In this document: positions 29,436 through 38,725 of the stretch, in pieces
How the letters are laid out: each line of letters begins with the position of its first letter
Numbering within the stretch: the stretch's first letter is position 1
Origin: an uncultured archaeon
GTDB taxonomy: Archaea > Asgardarchaeota > Lokiarchaeia > Sigyniarchaeales > SOKP01
Reading direction: 5' to 3'
Assembly (NCBI GenBank): GCA_964447495.1
Contig: CAYUTF010000021.1
Span: 1 to 41,070, forward strand
Length of the DNA: 41,070 bases
Notes under the pieces: model-generated
Told to the model about the DNA's origin: nothing
Database searches by the model: none
Seen by the model: the letters and a program-made list of their open reading frames with translations, nothing else
Translations under genes and position numbers: made by a program

Positions 29436-29654
29436 ATTCTTAATAAAAATGATAAAAATAATGAGCGTGAACTATTTCCTTCAGATATAATAACGATAAC
29501 TCATTATAGTAATTCAGAATCCGAAAGGCTAAGTCAAATTAGTAACCTTCTTCCTAAGCCAAATAATTATTCCAGCATTAAGGTTGAAAAATATTTAAAC
29601 AAGTTGGATTTAGACGCAAAAATCGTGCACAAAAAACATAGAGATGGAGATTAA
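29436..29654 (+). CDS. Unannotated 72-aa hydrophilic small protein (ATT start, or frameshifted from ATG 29381)
   Basis: 72 stop-free codons in very AT-rich DNA, preceded by AGGTGAT; no in-frame ATG. Confidence 0.4.
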   Translation: MLNKNDKNNERELFPSDIITITHYSNSESERLSQISNLLPKPNNYSSIKVEKYLNKLDLDAKIVHKKHRDGD

Positions 29655-29704
29655 TAAAAATTTCTTAGTAATTTAATTAAAAAATAGTTAGTAAAAAATA
29701 AAAT

Positions 29705-30793
29705 TTATTTTTGGTTAGTCAAATATTCGTTCATTTCTACAAAGGAGCTGGTTCGAATAAGTGCTGCTTTGAGAAACTGGAATCCTATATCATAAGTTGA
29801 GCCATCCCCACCTATATGTATTACATATGGGATTTCTCCCTTGAATTGCCCTTTCGATTTTAATATTTTATATGAAGTGCTAATGGCATCTGCAATAGTT
29901 GCTCCCGATTCGAAGAGATGATGCACCCATGGAACTTTCCAAGAGGTTACAAAGTCTTTGGAAGTAGAAACTTCTGAGCAACTTGTATTATTGACATATA
30001 TGATATTATTAGCAGTAACAGCATATGCCGCTGTAGCCATTTGATTTAAAACCATTCCCGCGCCGCATCCTGGACAGAGGCCGTGTCCTGGTTGTAAGTG
30101 TTGCTGAGGCTCAAGAGTTTTTCTGTTTATTCGATAAATATCGACCGGTTTTTCGGCTCCAAAAACTTCGATTAGTTTTTTGAGTCTATCGTTGCGTTGT
30201 TCGGTAAAATAGATAATTTCATCAATTTCTCTTTCAAGGAACTTGGGTTTAAATAAATGTTTAAAACGACCCATTGATTTTAAATACTCAACGAATTTCT
30301 CTTTATCCACATCTAATCCACGGTAATAGGAAAATTTTGGGACTCCTTCTTTTATCCTTATTGTATAGAGAGGCCAATAACCACACTCTGTTGCTAGCTT
30401 TGAAATTGCTACAGCATCACTAGCTCCATGTCTCCAACCTCTCATGCAATCCGAATAGCTTTGTATAAAAGCAGATCCATTTGTTTTCAAAGCTTCAGCA
30501 ACTTTTCCCATAAAGTCATTAGGAAACGCAGGATTGGCTGTTGCTAAAAATAGTGACTTGGTTCCATAAAACGCAAATGGAGTAACAAGGTCTTGTTTTA
30601 CACCTATTTTTCCCGGTATCTTTTCTCCACCAGGACCAGTAGTAGTTGAAGCAAATGGAGGCGTTGCTCCTGATTCCTGAATTCCTGTATTCATAAAAGC
30701 TTCGTTATCATAGTTAAAAAATAATACATTGCTTTTCTCATCTCTTGCGAGAATATCTTCAAACTTTATTATGTTTCTTTCTGGTTGCGACAT
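29705..30793 (-). CDS. porB: Pyruvate/2-oxoacid:ferredoxin oxidoreductase beta subunit, circularly permuted
   Basis: YDNEAFMNTGIQ at the N-terminus; GHGLCPGCG, NTSCSEV, PWVHHLFE and GGDGSTYDIGFQ in the C-terminal third; GGAGG RBS, ATG 1 nt after the porA stop. Confidence 0.9.
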   Translation of the reverse strand: MSQPERNIIKFEDILARDEKSNVLFFNYDNEAFMNTGIQESGATPPFASTTTGPGGEKIPGKIGVKQDLVTPFAFYGTKSLFLATANPAFPNDFMGKVAEALKTNGSAFIQSYSDCMRGWRHGASDAVAISKLATECGYWPLYTIRIKEGVPKFSYYRGLDVDKEKFVEYLKSMGRFKHLFKPKFLEREIDEIIYFTEQRNDRLKKLIEVFGAEKPVDIYRINRKTLEPQQHLQPGHGLCPGCGAGMVLNQMATAAYAVTANNIIYVNNTSCSEVSTSKDFVTSWKVPWVHHLFESGATIADAISTSYKILKSKGQFKGEIPYVIHIGGDGSTYDIGFQFLKAALIRTSSFVEMNEYLTNQK

Positions 30794-30794
30794 T

Positions 30795-32024
30795 TTAATC
30801 CTCCACTCCATATAATTTATCTTTCTTTTCTCTTACGCCAAGATACATATATAATTTACCTTTCATGTCCGATACTTGTGCCATTTTCTTTTTTGCAACA
30901 TCAAACTCATCTCGAGTCACATCTCGTCCGCCTAATCCAACAATAAAACTCCTAAATAACGTTTTAAGGGGATATAACGCTGAAGCAATTGTCATTGAAA
31001 AGGGTGGAAGCATCCCATTTAGAGAATCAGATTTTTCTAAAATAATCAGCTTCTCAATGTTATATTCCTCTACAATTCTTTGTAATTCTTCATAAGGAAA
31101 TGGTCGAAAGGTTCGAATTTTGATTAAACCAATATCTTTATTTTTAGTCATCCAACTTACGATATTTCCACACATGGATCCCATGGTAATAAACGCTGTT
31201 CTGGTGGAATTATCCAGATTGTACGTTTCTATCATGCTATAATTTCTCCCAGTTGCTTTGCCAAATTCTTCAAAACTTTTCTTCATTATCCCAAGAACTG
31301 GCTCTTTTGCTTCATCAATGTTCTTTCTTCCTTCCATAAAGAAACTTGGCGTAACAATGCCACCCCAGGTACCGGGATGTTTTGTATTTATGGTATGTCG
31401 TGGTTTCCGAGGCGTTAATTTCCGAACAATCTCATCAGGGATTAATGTTAATTTTTGTACTGAATGGGAAATAATAAACCCATCATGGACGAACATTGTA
31501 GGAAATAAGGAGTTATCGGAGATCATTACTGCTAATATAGCTGCATCATAAGTTTCTTGCACATTTTCAGATACTATGGTATTCCACCCTAATTCAGAAT
31601 TAGTTTGAGTATATTCCCACGAATTCCATATAGATAAATTGGGAGAATTAAACGCTCGTGCCGAAATCATCATGGTTAATGGAACTCTCCACCCTACAGC
31701 CATCGGTAAGGCTTCAGTCATCAATAAGTAACCTTGAGATGCTGTTGCTGTGAAGGTTCTTGCTCCTACGGCACAAGCTGCAGTAGAATATGATATTGCG
31801 GCTAATTCAGATTCAACATTGACGAACGCTGCTTTTAACCTTCCTTGGTTTACAACATCAGATAAACCTTCAACTGCTTGAGTTTGAGGTGTAATTGGAA
31901 ACGCACAAATAACATCAGGATCAGTCTGCGTGACTGCTCCTGCAACGGCGTAATTGCCTATCATGCTTGTAACGACAGGTTCCTTAATCTCTTTGAAAAA
32001 TAGTCTCATTGGTTCAATTGACAT
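30795..32024 (-). CDS. porA: Pyruvate/2-oxoacid:ferredoxin oxidoreductase alpha subunit
   Basis: GNYAVA, AFPITPQT, VESE, TATASQG, DGFIISH, RTFRPFP, GLGGRD; AGGAGGT RBS before ATG 32024. Confidence 0.92.
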   Translation of the reverse strand: MSIEPMRLFFKEIKEPVVTSMIGNYAVAGAVTQTDPDVICAFPITPQTQAVEGLSDVVNQGRLKAAFVNVESELAAISYSTAACAVGARTFTATASQGYLLMTEALPMAVGWRVPLTMMISARAFNSPNLSIWNSWEYTQTNSELGWNTIVSENVQETYDAAILAVMISDNSLFPTMFVHDGFIISHSVQKLTLIPDEIVRKLTPRKPRHTINTKHPGTWGGIVTPSFFMEGRKNIDEAKEPVLGIMKKSFEEFGKATGRNYSMIETYNLDNSTRTAFITMGSMCGNIVSWMTKNKDIGLIKIRTFRPFPYEELQRIVEEYNIEKLIILEKSDSLNGMLPPFSMTIASALYPLKTLFRSFIVGLGGRDVTRDEFDVAKKKMAQVSDMKGKLYMYLGVREKKDKLYGVED

Positions 32025-32025
32025 A

Positions 32026-33027
32026 TTAATTACCTCCTTCTTGATCTTCAGGAACTGCACAAGCAGCAGGTCCTTGTTTTAGTCGTTTATCAATCGCGTC
32101 TACGGGGCAAATCTCAAGGCAATTCAAACATGATTTACAGTGAAAACTATCTATGCCAGCCATATGCCATAATCCATCATCTCCTTTTTTCCGAACAATA
32201 GCAAAATCAGGACATATGTACCAACATTGGGCACAATCAGTGCACTTTTCTTCGTCCCATATAACATCCCACTCTCCCCAGCTTCCTGTGTTTACTTGGT
32301 CACTTCCGACTGGAATGACTTCTTCATCACAGTACCACACTCCTGCTAAATCTAATTCCTTATAACCAGGTAAATCTAAATCTACTTGCTGCCATCGAAC
32401 TTTATTATCAATAGTAAAATCTGGATCAACACCAATATCATAGACACATGTTTCTTCAATTGCTTGCTTAATGGCCTCAATATTTTTCCCTGCAATTTGT
32501 CCTACAAATCTGCGCATTATGGCATCAGCTAATTCATCTAAAGTGAAGATATAAGAGACTCTAATTAAAGCTCCCAAGATAATCGTATTTGTTATATTTC
32601 TTCCCAAGACGTCTAAAGCAATTCGTGTTGCATCTATTGTGGCAACATTAATATCTTTTCTCTTTACTGTTTCTTGAATAGAAATTTGATCAAGAGTGGT
32701 ATTTACGATAAGCCAGCCTCCTTTTGGGAGTCCCGCAGTTACATCTATTTCACCTAAAAGTGAAGGATCCAATACAGAAACGAAATGAGGGGAATATACT
32801 TGCTCATTTGAGCGAATAAGGTTTGCATTAGCTGATAATCTCACATAACTTTCTGTTGGACTTCCCATTCTTTCTGCGCCAAATCTTGGTTGACAGATGC
32901 CATATCCATAGAAGGCTTCGACACATAAATTTGAAGCAGTTACACCACCTTGCCCACCTCTAGCATGAAATCGAAGATTAATCGTGTTATCCTTTAAAAC
33001 TTCTTTAATTTTTTCTGGAGTTAACAT
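32026..33027 (-). CDS. porC: Fused gamma + delta (ferredoxin) subunit of 2-oxoacid:ferredoxin oxidoreductase
   Basis: RFHARGGQG, FGAERMGSP, IDATRIA, NTIILGA (gamma); NTGSW, CTDCAQCWYICP, CKSCLNCLEICP (delta). Confidence 0.9.
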   Translation of the reverse strand: MLTPEKIKEVLKDNTINLRFHARGGQGGVTASNLCVEAFYGYGICQPRFGAERMGSPTESYVRLSANANLIRSNEQVYSPHFVSVLDPSLLGEIDVTAGLPKGGWLIVNTTLDQISIQETVKRKDINVATIDATRIALDVLGRNITNTIILGALIRVSYIFTLDELADAIMRRFVGQIAGKNIEAIKQAIEETCVYDIGVDPDFTIDNKVRWQQVDLDLPGYKELDLAGVWYCDEEVIPVGSDQVNTGSWGEWDVIWDEEKCTDCAQCWYICPDFAIVRKKGDDGLWHMAGIDSFHCKSCLNCLEICPVDAIDKRLKQGPAACAVPEDQEGGN

Positions 33028-33254
33028 TTGAATTTTCACATTTTAATTGATTTTTAAAATAGTTAATGCTATTTAGAGTAATTTTTTATACAAAATTAAG
33101 GTTTTTCCATTTAATCTATAAGGGGAGAATTGGATAAATTAAATTTGAGTGAAGAAAGATTAAATTAAAGAATTTTGAATATGAAAAAATAATGAAGTTT
33201 TTAGGATTTGTTTCTTTTACAATATCATTCAAGTATTAATTAGGGATTTAAGTA

Positions 33255-34571
33255 GTGTTCAACTCAAAGAAAGATAAGCACAATGACAAAATCACTCCAG
33301 ATTTTGTCCCTATGATACGTATTGTCTTTTGGAATTCCATGGGGTTTTTCTTTTTTTGGTTCCTTATCCCTCAAGTAATATGGGTAGTTTTTAAGGCATC
33401 TGGTACTGAATTAGGGTTTTCTTTTGCAGGTCAAACATTTGGGGGGCTTATTAGCGCCCCGATTGTAGGATGGTTAACCGATAGGATTTCAAAAAAGCTA
33501 TTAGTGTTAATAGGTAGTTTTGGGAGAGGAGTATCGTATTTGATAATGTATTTTGGCATTATTTATTCCTCCTTAATTATTTTCGTTATCGGGTTATTTA
33601 CACTTGGATTTTTCGTTGGATTCTTTTGGAGCCCTTTAGACGCGCTTATATCACAGAAATCCCATAAAACCTTTCGATCTTCTGCCTTTGGAAAACAAGC
33701 AGGAATGTTAGGCTGGGGTAATTTCGTAGGTTCAACAGTCGCATTTTTGATTTTTGCGTTAGCAATAACATTTGTACCAGATAATCCCTATTTGATTTAT
33801 AGCCCATTAATTATGTTTTTTGTTTCCAATGTATATGCGGGGATAATTTTTAATAAAAACGTAGATGAGGCTCTCACTTACGATGATCATATATCAACAT
33901 TTAACAATCAAAATAACACAGCGCAAGAACATATAGAAATAGAAGAGCCTCCAAAAAGAAGCGATAAACCGAAAAAAGCTTCAAAGCAAACATATACATT
34001 CTTAATAGGTTTTGTGATTTTAATTTTGGCTTTTATGACGAGTAACATAAACCAAACTATTGCCCCTCCTTATTTTCAATTATATATTAGAACTTTTATC
34101 AATAATAATGACATAATAGTCATGCTCATTTACTTTCCCAGTCAAGTATTATCATTATTACTAGCTCCAAAATTAGGAAAATTTGCGGATCGCATCAATC
34201 CAATGATAGGGATCGCCATTTTTAGTGCATTAGGTTCTTTAGTTACCTGGTTATTTATCATTAGCACAAATGAAATCGCAGTTACAGTCATCCTTTTCTT
34301 GGATTCCACATTCGCATGGGCCGGAAATCTAGTTCTTCAGAATATTTTAAGTCGTATTTCTAAAACCCATCGAGGAAAACTATTTGGCATTTCAAGATGG
34401 ATGAGTTTTTTCGGAGCAATAATCGGACCAATTATAGGGGGGTTCGCTTGGGATCAGATTGGATTCACGTCACCATTTATCATTTCTATATTCGTTGAAT
34501 TAACCGTCATTCCTCTATATGTCATTGCCATTAAGTTATTAAAACCGCATATGGCAGAAAAACTGGATTGA
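33255..34571 (+). CDS. MFS transporter
   Basis: GWLTDRISKK, GKFADRIN, HRGKLFG, IGPIIGG; about 12 TM with a central hydrophilic loop. Confidence 0.88.
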   Translation: MFNSKKDKHNDKITPDFVPMIRIVFWNSMGFFFFWFLIPQVIWVVFKASGTELGFSFAGQTFGGLISAPIVGWLTDRISKKLLVLIGSFGRGVSYLIMYFGIIYSSLIIFVIGLFTLGFFVGFFWSPLDALISQKSHKTFRSSAFGKQAGMLGWGNFVGSTVAFLIFALAITFVPDNPYLIYSPLIMFFVSNVYAGIIFNKNVDEALTYDDHISTFNNQNNTAQEHIEIEEPPKRSDKPKKASKQTYTFLIGFVILILAFMTSNINQTIAPPYFQLYIRTFINNNDIIVMLIYFPSQVLSLLLAPKLGKFADRINPMIGIAIFSALGSLVTWLFIISTNEIAVTVILFLDSTFAWAGNLVLQNILSRISKTHRGKLFGISRWMSFFGAIIGPIIGGFAWDQIGFTSPFIISIFVELTVIPLYVIAIKLLKPHMAEKLD

Positions 34572-34589
34572 TTGATAAGATACACATGG

Positions 34590-35563
34590 CTAGTGAAGAT
34601 ATTCCTTAATAGTCTTACAGATTAAGTAATCTATCCATAAATTATAATCTTTGATTTTAGCTCCTTTTAAAAGTTTTAAATTCCAACTACCATTATTTTG
34701 TTGTTGTACTTTAAACCAGTCAAGAGCTTTTTGTATCTGAGGATGTTCCTTGGTAAAAGCTAACTTATAGATAGAATCTAATGAAGATAATAGATCAGTA
34801 AACCAAAAAGGAAAGGTAAATTTGGTCCAATAGCTCTTATCTCGTCTATCGGGATATTTATCATTCTGAAAAAATTGGGATAATAATAACTTGGCAGCTG
34901 CTTTTACTTCAGGTGTATATCTATATACTGGATGGGCCGCAAAGGCTCTTAAAACCACTCCGGTAATCATATGAGAAGAAGGCTTATCTCTTTTCGGTTG
35001 AAGAATATGGTTTGAATATGCAACATCGTTCCATTTAGCATTGTTTGAACGGATTGGAACACACCATCCACCATCACTTTGCCTCATAGATAAAAGCCAC
35101 TTTAGGCATTTTTCAACGAGTTTGTCTTTATCATATCCTAATTTTATTAAAAGCTCTATAATTCCTGCTGAATAATTAGGAGAATATTGCGTACCATAAA
35201 TTCCTCGAAAGTCTCCTTCTGATGTTTGAAACGTGAACAAGAATTCCGACGCTTTTTTTATTGAGGGGTGAGTGTTTTTAAACCGATATATCTCGACTAA
35301 TAAGCCTAATTGTCTGTATGTTTCTAATTGATTGTAATTTTCTTGAATGCGAATATTTTGTTTTCCCCCGGATACTTCCATGCACCATCCTCTTGCTGTT
35401 TACTAAGAATTCTTTGGGCTCCTTCTAAGAGCCATAAATGCTCAATTTTCTCCATTTTTTTATCAAGAAGGTCACTCTCTATAGCATATAAGAGTTCCTC
35501 ACTTTTAGTGGAAAGTAGAGAAGGAATTGGAACAAAATTTAATTGGGTTTTCCACGTACTCAA
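34590..35563 (-). pseudogene. Prenyltransferase/squalene-cyclase (QW) repeat protein split by a -1 frameshift at about 35360-35370
   Basis: QQEDGAW in the 5' ORF (35324-35563) continues as QTSEGDF, QSDGGW, QQNNGSW in the 3' ORF (34590-35381); the frames switch in the run CCGGGGGAAAAC. Confidence 0.7.
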
Positions 35564-35578
35564 TATACTTTCACTTCA

Positions 35579-36505
35579 TTATTCCATTAGTTCCATAAAC
35601 CATTTAATAGGGATTTGTATTTTAACTTTTTTAAGAAAATTTTCAATGGATAATATTCCTAGATCGGATACTATAGCTTTTATAAAATGGGATGGAGTAA
35701 TATCAAAATAAAAATTCTCTACTCTAAAATTTTTAATTTTAATTTGTTTATCATAAATTTGCTTTATAGGTTTAGGTTCAATTTCTACCTTATAACCATA
35801 ATGGCTAAACAAGTTATATTTATATGAATCCGATATTACATACATATCTTTATGATTTGAATTCGCCAACACAGCTAAAGGATAGGTTCCGATCTTATTT
35901 ATTATTGATCCATCTTGAAGAATGCTATCTGCTCCAATGAATATTAGATCAATGTTATTAATGAACTTTCCTGCTGCAGCATCAATAATTAGATGCGTTT
36001 CATACTTCTCTGATAACATTTCCGCTAATTTTTGACCTTCGAACAGTGGTCTAGATTCTAATATATAAAAAGTAAAAGTATTTTCAGTATTTTTTAGAAT
36101 TAGGTTTAAGATTGTTGAACTATATGAGATTAACATAATCCTTAACTCTGACTTTCCCATTTTATTTAGCATTAACTTGAAATTTTGTTCCAATAGAGAT
36201 TCTTTAATAGCTTGAGACGAATAGTATGCCTTAATTGCATTAGAAATTGATTTTTTCGTAAACTTGTCATTATAAGTAATTAGAAACCCCATAGAGTTAA
36301 TTAGAGGGGCCATACTTGGCCGAGTTTTAATTAGTTTATCTACTAACTTATAAATTAAGTCTTTAATATTCTCATTTGGGTCTCTAATTGAATCTAACTG
36401 ATCTTGAATTACTTTAACTGCTTTTAAAGCAAGTTCATTGGCACCCGAACTTGAGTCTTTTCTAATATCATTAATTTGTGAAATTATAGAGTCCGAAATT
36501 TCCAT
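35579..36505 (-). CDS. eIF-2B alpha/beta/delta-like family protein (aIF2B / R15P isomerase superfamily)
   Basis: SSGANELA, RPSMAPL, ESRPLFEG, GADSI, NKIGT, FDITP. Confidence 0.85.
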   Translation of the reverse strand: MEISDSIISQINDIRKDSSSGANELALKAVKVIQDQLDSIRDPNENIKDLIYKLVDKLIKTRPSMAPLINSMGFLITYNDKFTKKSISNAIKAYYSSQAIKESLLEQNFKLMLNKMGKSELRIMLISYSSTILNLILKNTENTFTFYILESRPLFEGQKLAEMLSEKYETHLIIDAAAGKFINNIDLIFIGADSILQDGSIINKIGTYPLAVLANSNHKDMYVISDSYKYNLFSHYGYKVEIEPKPIKQIYDKQIKIKNFRVENFYFDITPSHFIKAIVSDLGILSIENFLKKVKIQIPIKWFMELME

Positions 36506-36549
36506 AATCTTAAATTAATATAGTTAATATACTAAGGGCTTGAATCTAT

Positions 36550-37059
36550 CTAAAATTTTTCTTCCGATAATTCATCTGCTGCTTTTACATAATCAGGTAT
36601 GAAATTCGTCTTCAATAAATTTGAATTACCAGTTGCAATTAATTTTCCATTTATATCATAAATTTCAGCAGTCATATGAATGATGTTTCTTCCTTCTCTA
36701 ATAACTTTCCCGATCGCACGTACCTTTTCCCCCACTTTAACCTTTCCTAAAAAATCAACATGAAAATCGATACTAATTGGGAATCCTTCATAACCCAAAG
36801 TGGTAGATGTTATCCCGATACAATCATCCATTAATCCACACTGCATTCCTCCATGTAATAAGCCCGTAGGATTTGCCATTTCAGGTCTAACTAGAAATTC
36901 TAATTCCATTTCTCCCCGTTTAACATTAATTATTTTATAATTAAGCCACTTTGAGAAAGGAGGCGCTGGAAAGTCTTTAATCTCTTTTCCCTTGTAATTA
37001 TCAAACAGTTCAACCATTCTATCAGAACGTTTCTGTATTTTTTTGTCTAGCTGCGACAT
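36550..37059 (-). CDS. PaaI family (hotdog-fold) thioesterase
   Basis: NPTGLLHGG...LMDD, GRNI. Confidence 0.9.
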   Translation of the reverse strand: MSQLDKKIQKRSDRMVELFDNYKGKEIKDFPAPPFSKWLNYKIINVKRGEMELEFLVRPEMANPTGLLHGGMQCGLMDDCIGITSTTLGYEGFPISIDFHVDFLGKVKVGEKVRAIGKVIREGRNIIHMTAEIYDINGKLIATGNSNLLKTNFIPDYVKAADELSEEKF

Positions 37060-37212
37060 TTTTAAATTAGATTACTTTTATTGGTTTGTTATTATTAAAG
37101 GATTATTGCTTTTTTTAATCATTGTGCTTATAAATCCTAAATTTGAATAATATAAACTATTAAATTGATAGATTATTTTACTAATTAAACATTTTTAACC
37201 ACTTCTATTGAC

Positions 37213-38622
37213 TTGAATGTGAAAGATCTTTCTTTTATTAACAATATTAAATCCATGGCAGTTATTGGGACATCTGCAAAAAGAAATTTTTTCTTCTTAA
37301 AGAATCATCAAGAAAGTTTCAAAGGGTCCCTTTATGCTATTAATCCTACCGTAAAAGAGATCCCGGATTTTCCAACAGAAAACATTTTTGCTTCTATCAA
37401 AGATGTTCCCGGGGAGGTTGATTTCGCGTTTATTACAGTCCCAGCTCATAACATTTTATCTGTGATTGATGATTGTATTGAAAAAGGAGTTAAATTAGTA
37501 ACTATATTTACTGCTGAGTTTTCTGATTCAGGAACAGAAGAGGGTATTGAATTAGAAAAAGAATTACTTCAACATGCTGATAATAAAATAAGAATATTAG
37601 GACCAAATGGAATGGGGCTTTTTTACCCTAAATTAGGGATAGCGTGGAGAGGTTTTTTTCCAAAAACTCAAGGTAATATTGGATTAATAGCTCAATCGGG
37701 TGGTATGTGCAATATAGCAATTTATACCTCGATAGAATTAGGGTTTAATTTTTCTAAAGTTTTTTCCTTTGGAAATGGTGCAGATTTAGATTTCGTAGAT
37801 TTACTTCACTTTCTGAGCGATGACCCCGAAACGGATTTAATTTTACTTTATATTGAGGGTATCAAAGAAAATCGCTTTGATGCTTTAAAGGAGGTATTAT
37901 CCAAAAATAAAAAACCAATTGTAGCCTTAAAAGGAGGAAAATCCGAATCAGGCTCAAAAGCTGTAAGAACGCATACGGCATCGATTTCGGGTAATGATAA
38001 AATATGGTCTGCATTATTCAAACAATATAATATAATAGAAGTTGATTCACTGGAACAATTACTGCATGCTGCTCAAATTATTGACTTTTATGGAATCAAT
38101 GAATTTAAAAATGTAGCAGTTTTTAGTATTAGCGGAGGATATGGAGTCGTATTAGTAGATTTAATTGAAAAATATGGTATGACCGTACCCCCTTTTAGTG
38201 ACGAGATTCAAAATAAATTGGATCAAAAATTCTTCATTAATGGAACTAGCTCAAAAAATCCTCTTGATGTTGCGGCTCAAATGTTTCATAGCTCTACACT
38301 TGTTGATATTGTTGATATAGCATTATATGACAGTAATATTGATACATTAATCATGGATATGCCGAGTTGGTATTTTAATCATCAATATTTTATCACTCAA
38401 GATGATGATTTTAATCAAAATTTTGAAAAAATATTCAAATTAGGACACAAGCATAAAAAACCTCTATTTCCAATAATCCAGAAGGCTCATTGTCCCGAAG
38501 AAAGTATTAGAATGGCACGAGAGTTAGCTAAATATAAAGTTGCAATTTTTGATAATCCCCTTGAATTTATCCCTTTACTTTCGAAAATATCTAATTTCAA
38601 AAAAAGGAAATTATTTTGCTAA
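37213..38622 (+). CDS. acdA: Acyl-CoA synthetase (ADP-forming) alpha subunit / CoA-binding protein
   Basis: VIGTS, LGPNGMG, AQSGG, SFGNGAD, THTASISG phospho-His loop, NPLD; TTG start. Confidence 0.85.
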   Translation: MNVKDLSFINNIKSMAVIGTSAKRNFFFLKNHQESFKGSLYAINPTVKEIPDFPTENIFASIKDVPGEVDFAFITVPAHNILSVIDDCIEKGVKLVTIFTAEFSDSGTEEGIELEKELLQHADNKIRILGPNGMGLFYPKLGIAWRGFFPKTQGNIGLIAQSGGMCNIAIYTSIELGFNFSKVFSFGNGADLDFVDLLHFLSDDPETDLILLYIEGIKENRFDALKEVLSKNKKPIVALKGGKSESGSKAVRTHTASISGNDKIWSALFKQYNIIEVDSLEQLLHAAQIIDFYGINEFKNVAVFSISGGYGVVLVDLIEKYGMTVPPFSDEIQNKLDQKFFINGTSSKNPLDVAAQMFHSSTLVDIVDIALYDSNIDTLIMDMPSWYFNHQYFITQDDDFNQNFEKIFKLGHKHKKPLFPIIQKAHCPEESIRMARELAKYKVAIFDNPLEFIPLLSKISNFKKRKLFC

Positions 38623-38725
38623 TTTAATTTCATCATAAAAGACATGAAAAAAAAGTGAAGTAATTAAAAATAAACGTATTATAATTCAAATACTAATTTA
38701 ACAATTATATTATTAGGCATGCATC

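Noticed and set aside
8178-35711. Other short track ORFs (8178, 10094, 12794, 13287, 14482, 16163, 22540, 23900, 25615, 25905, 26635, 30865, 31258, 32153, 35328)
   Set aside because: All lie opposite recognisable genes and have shadow-like composition
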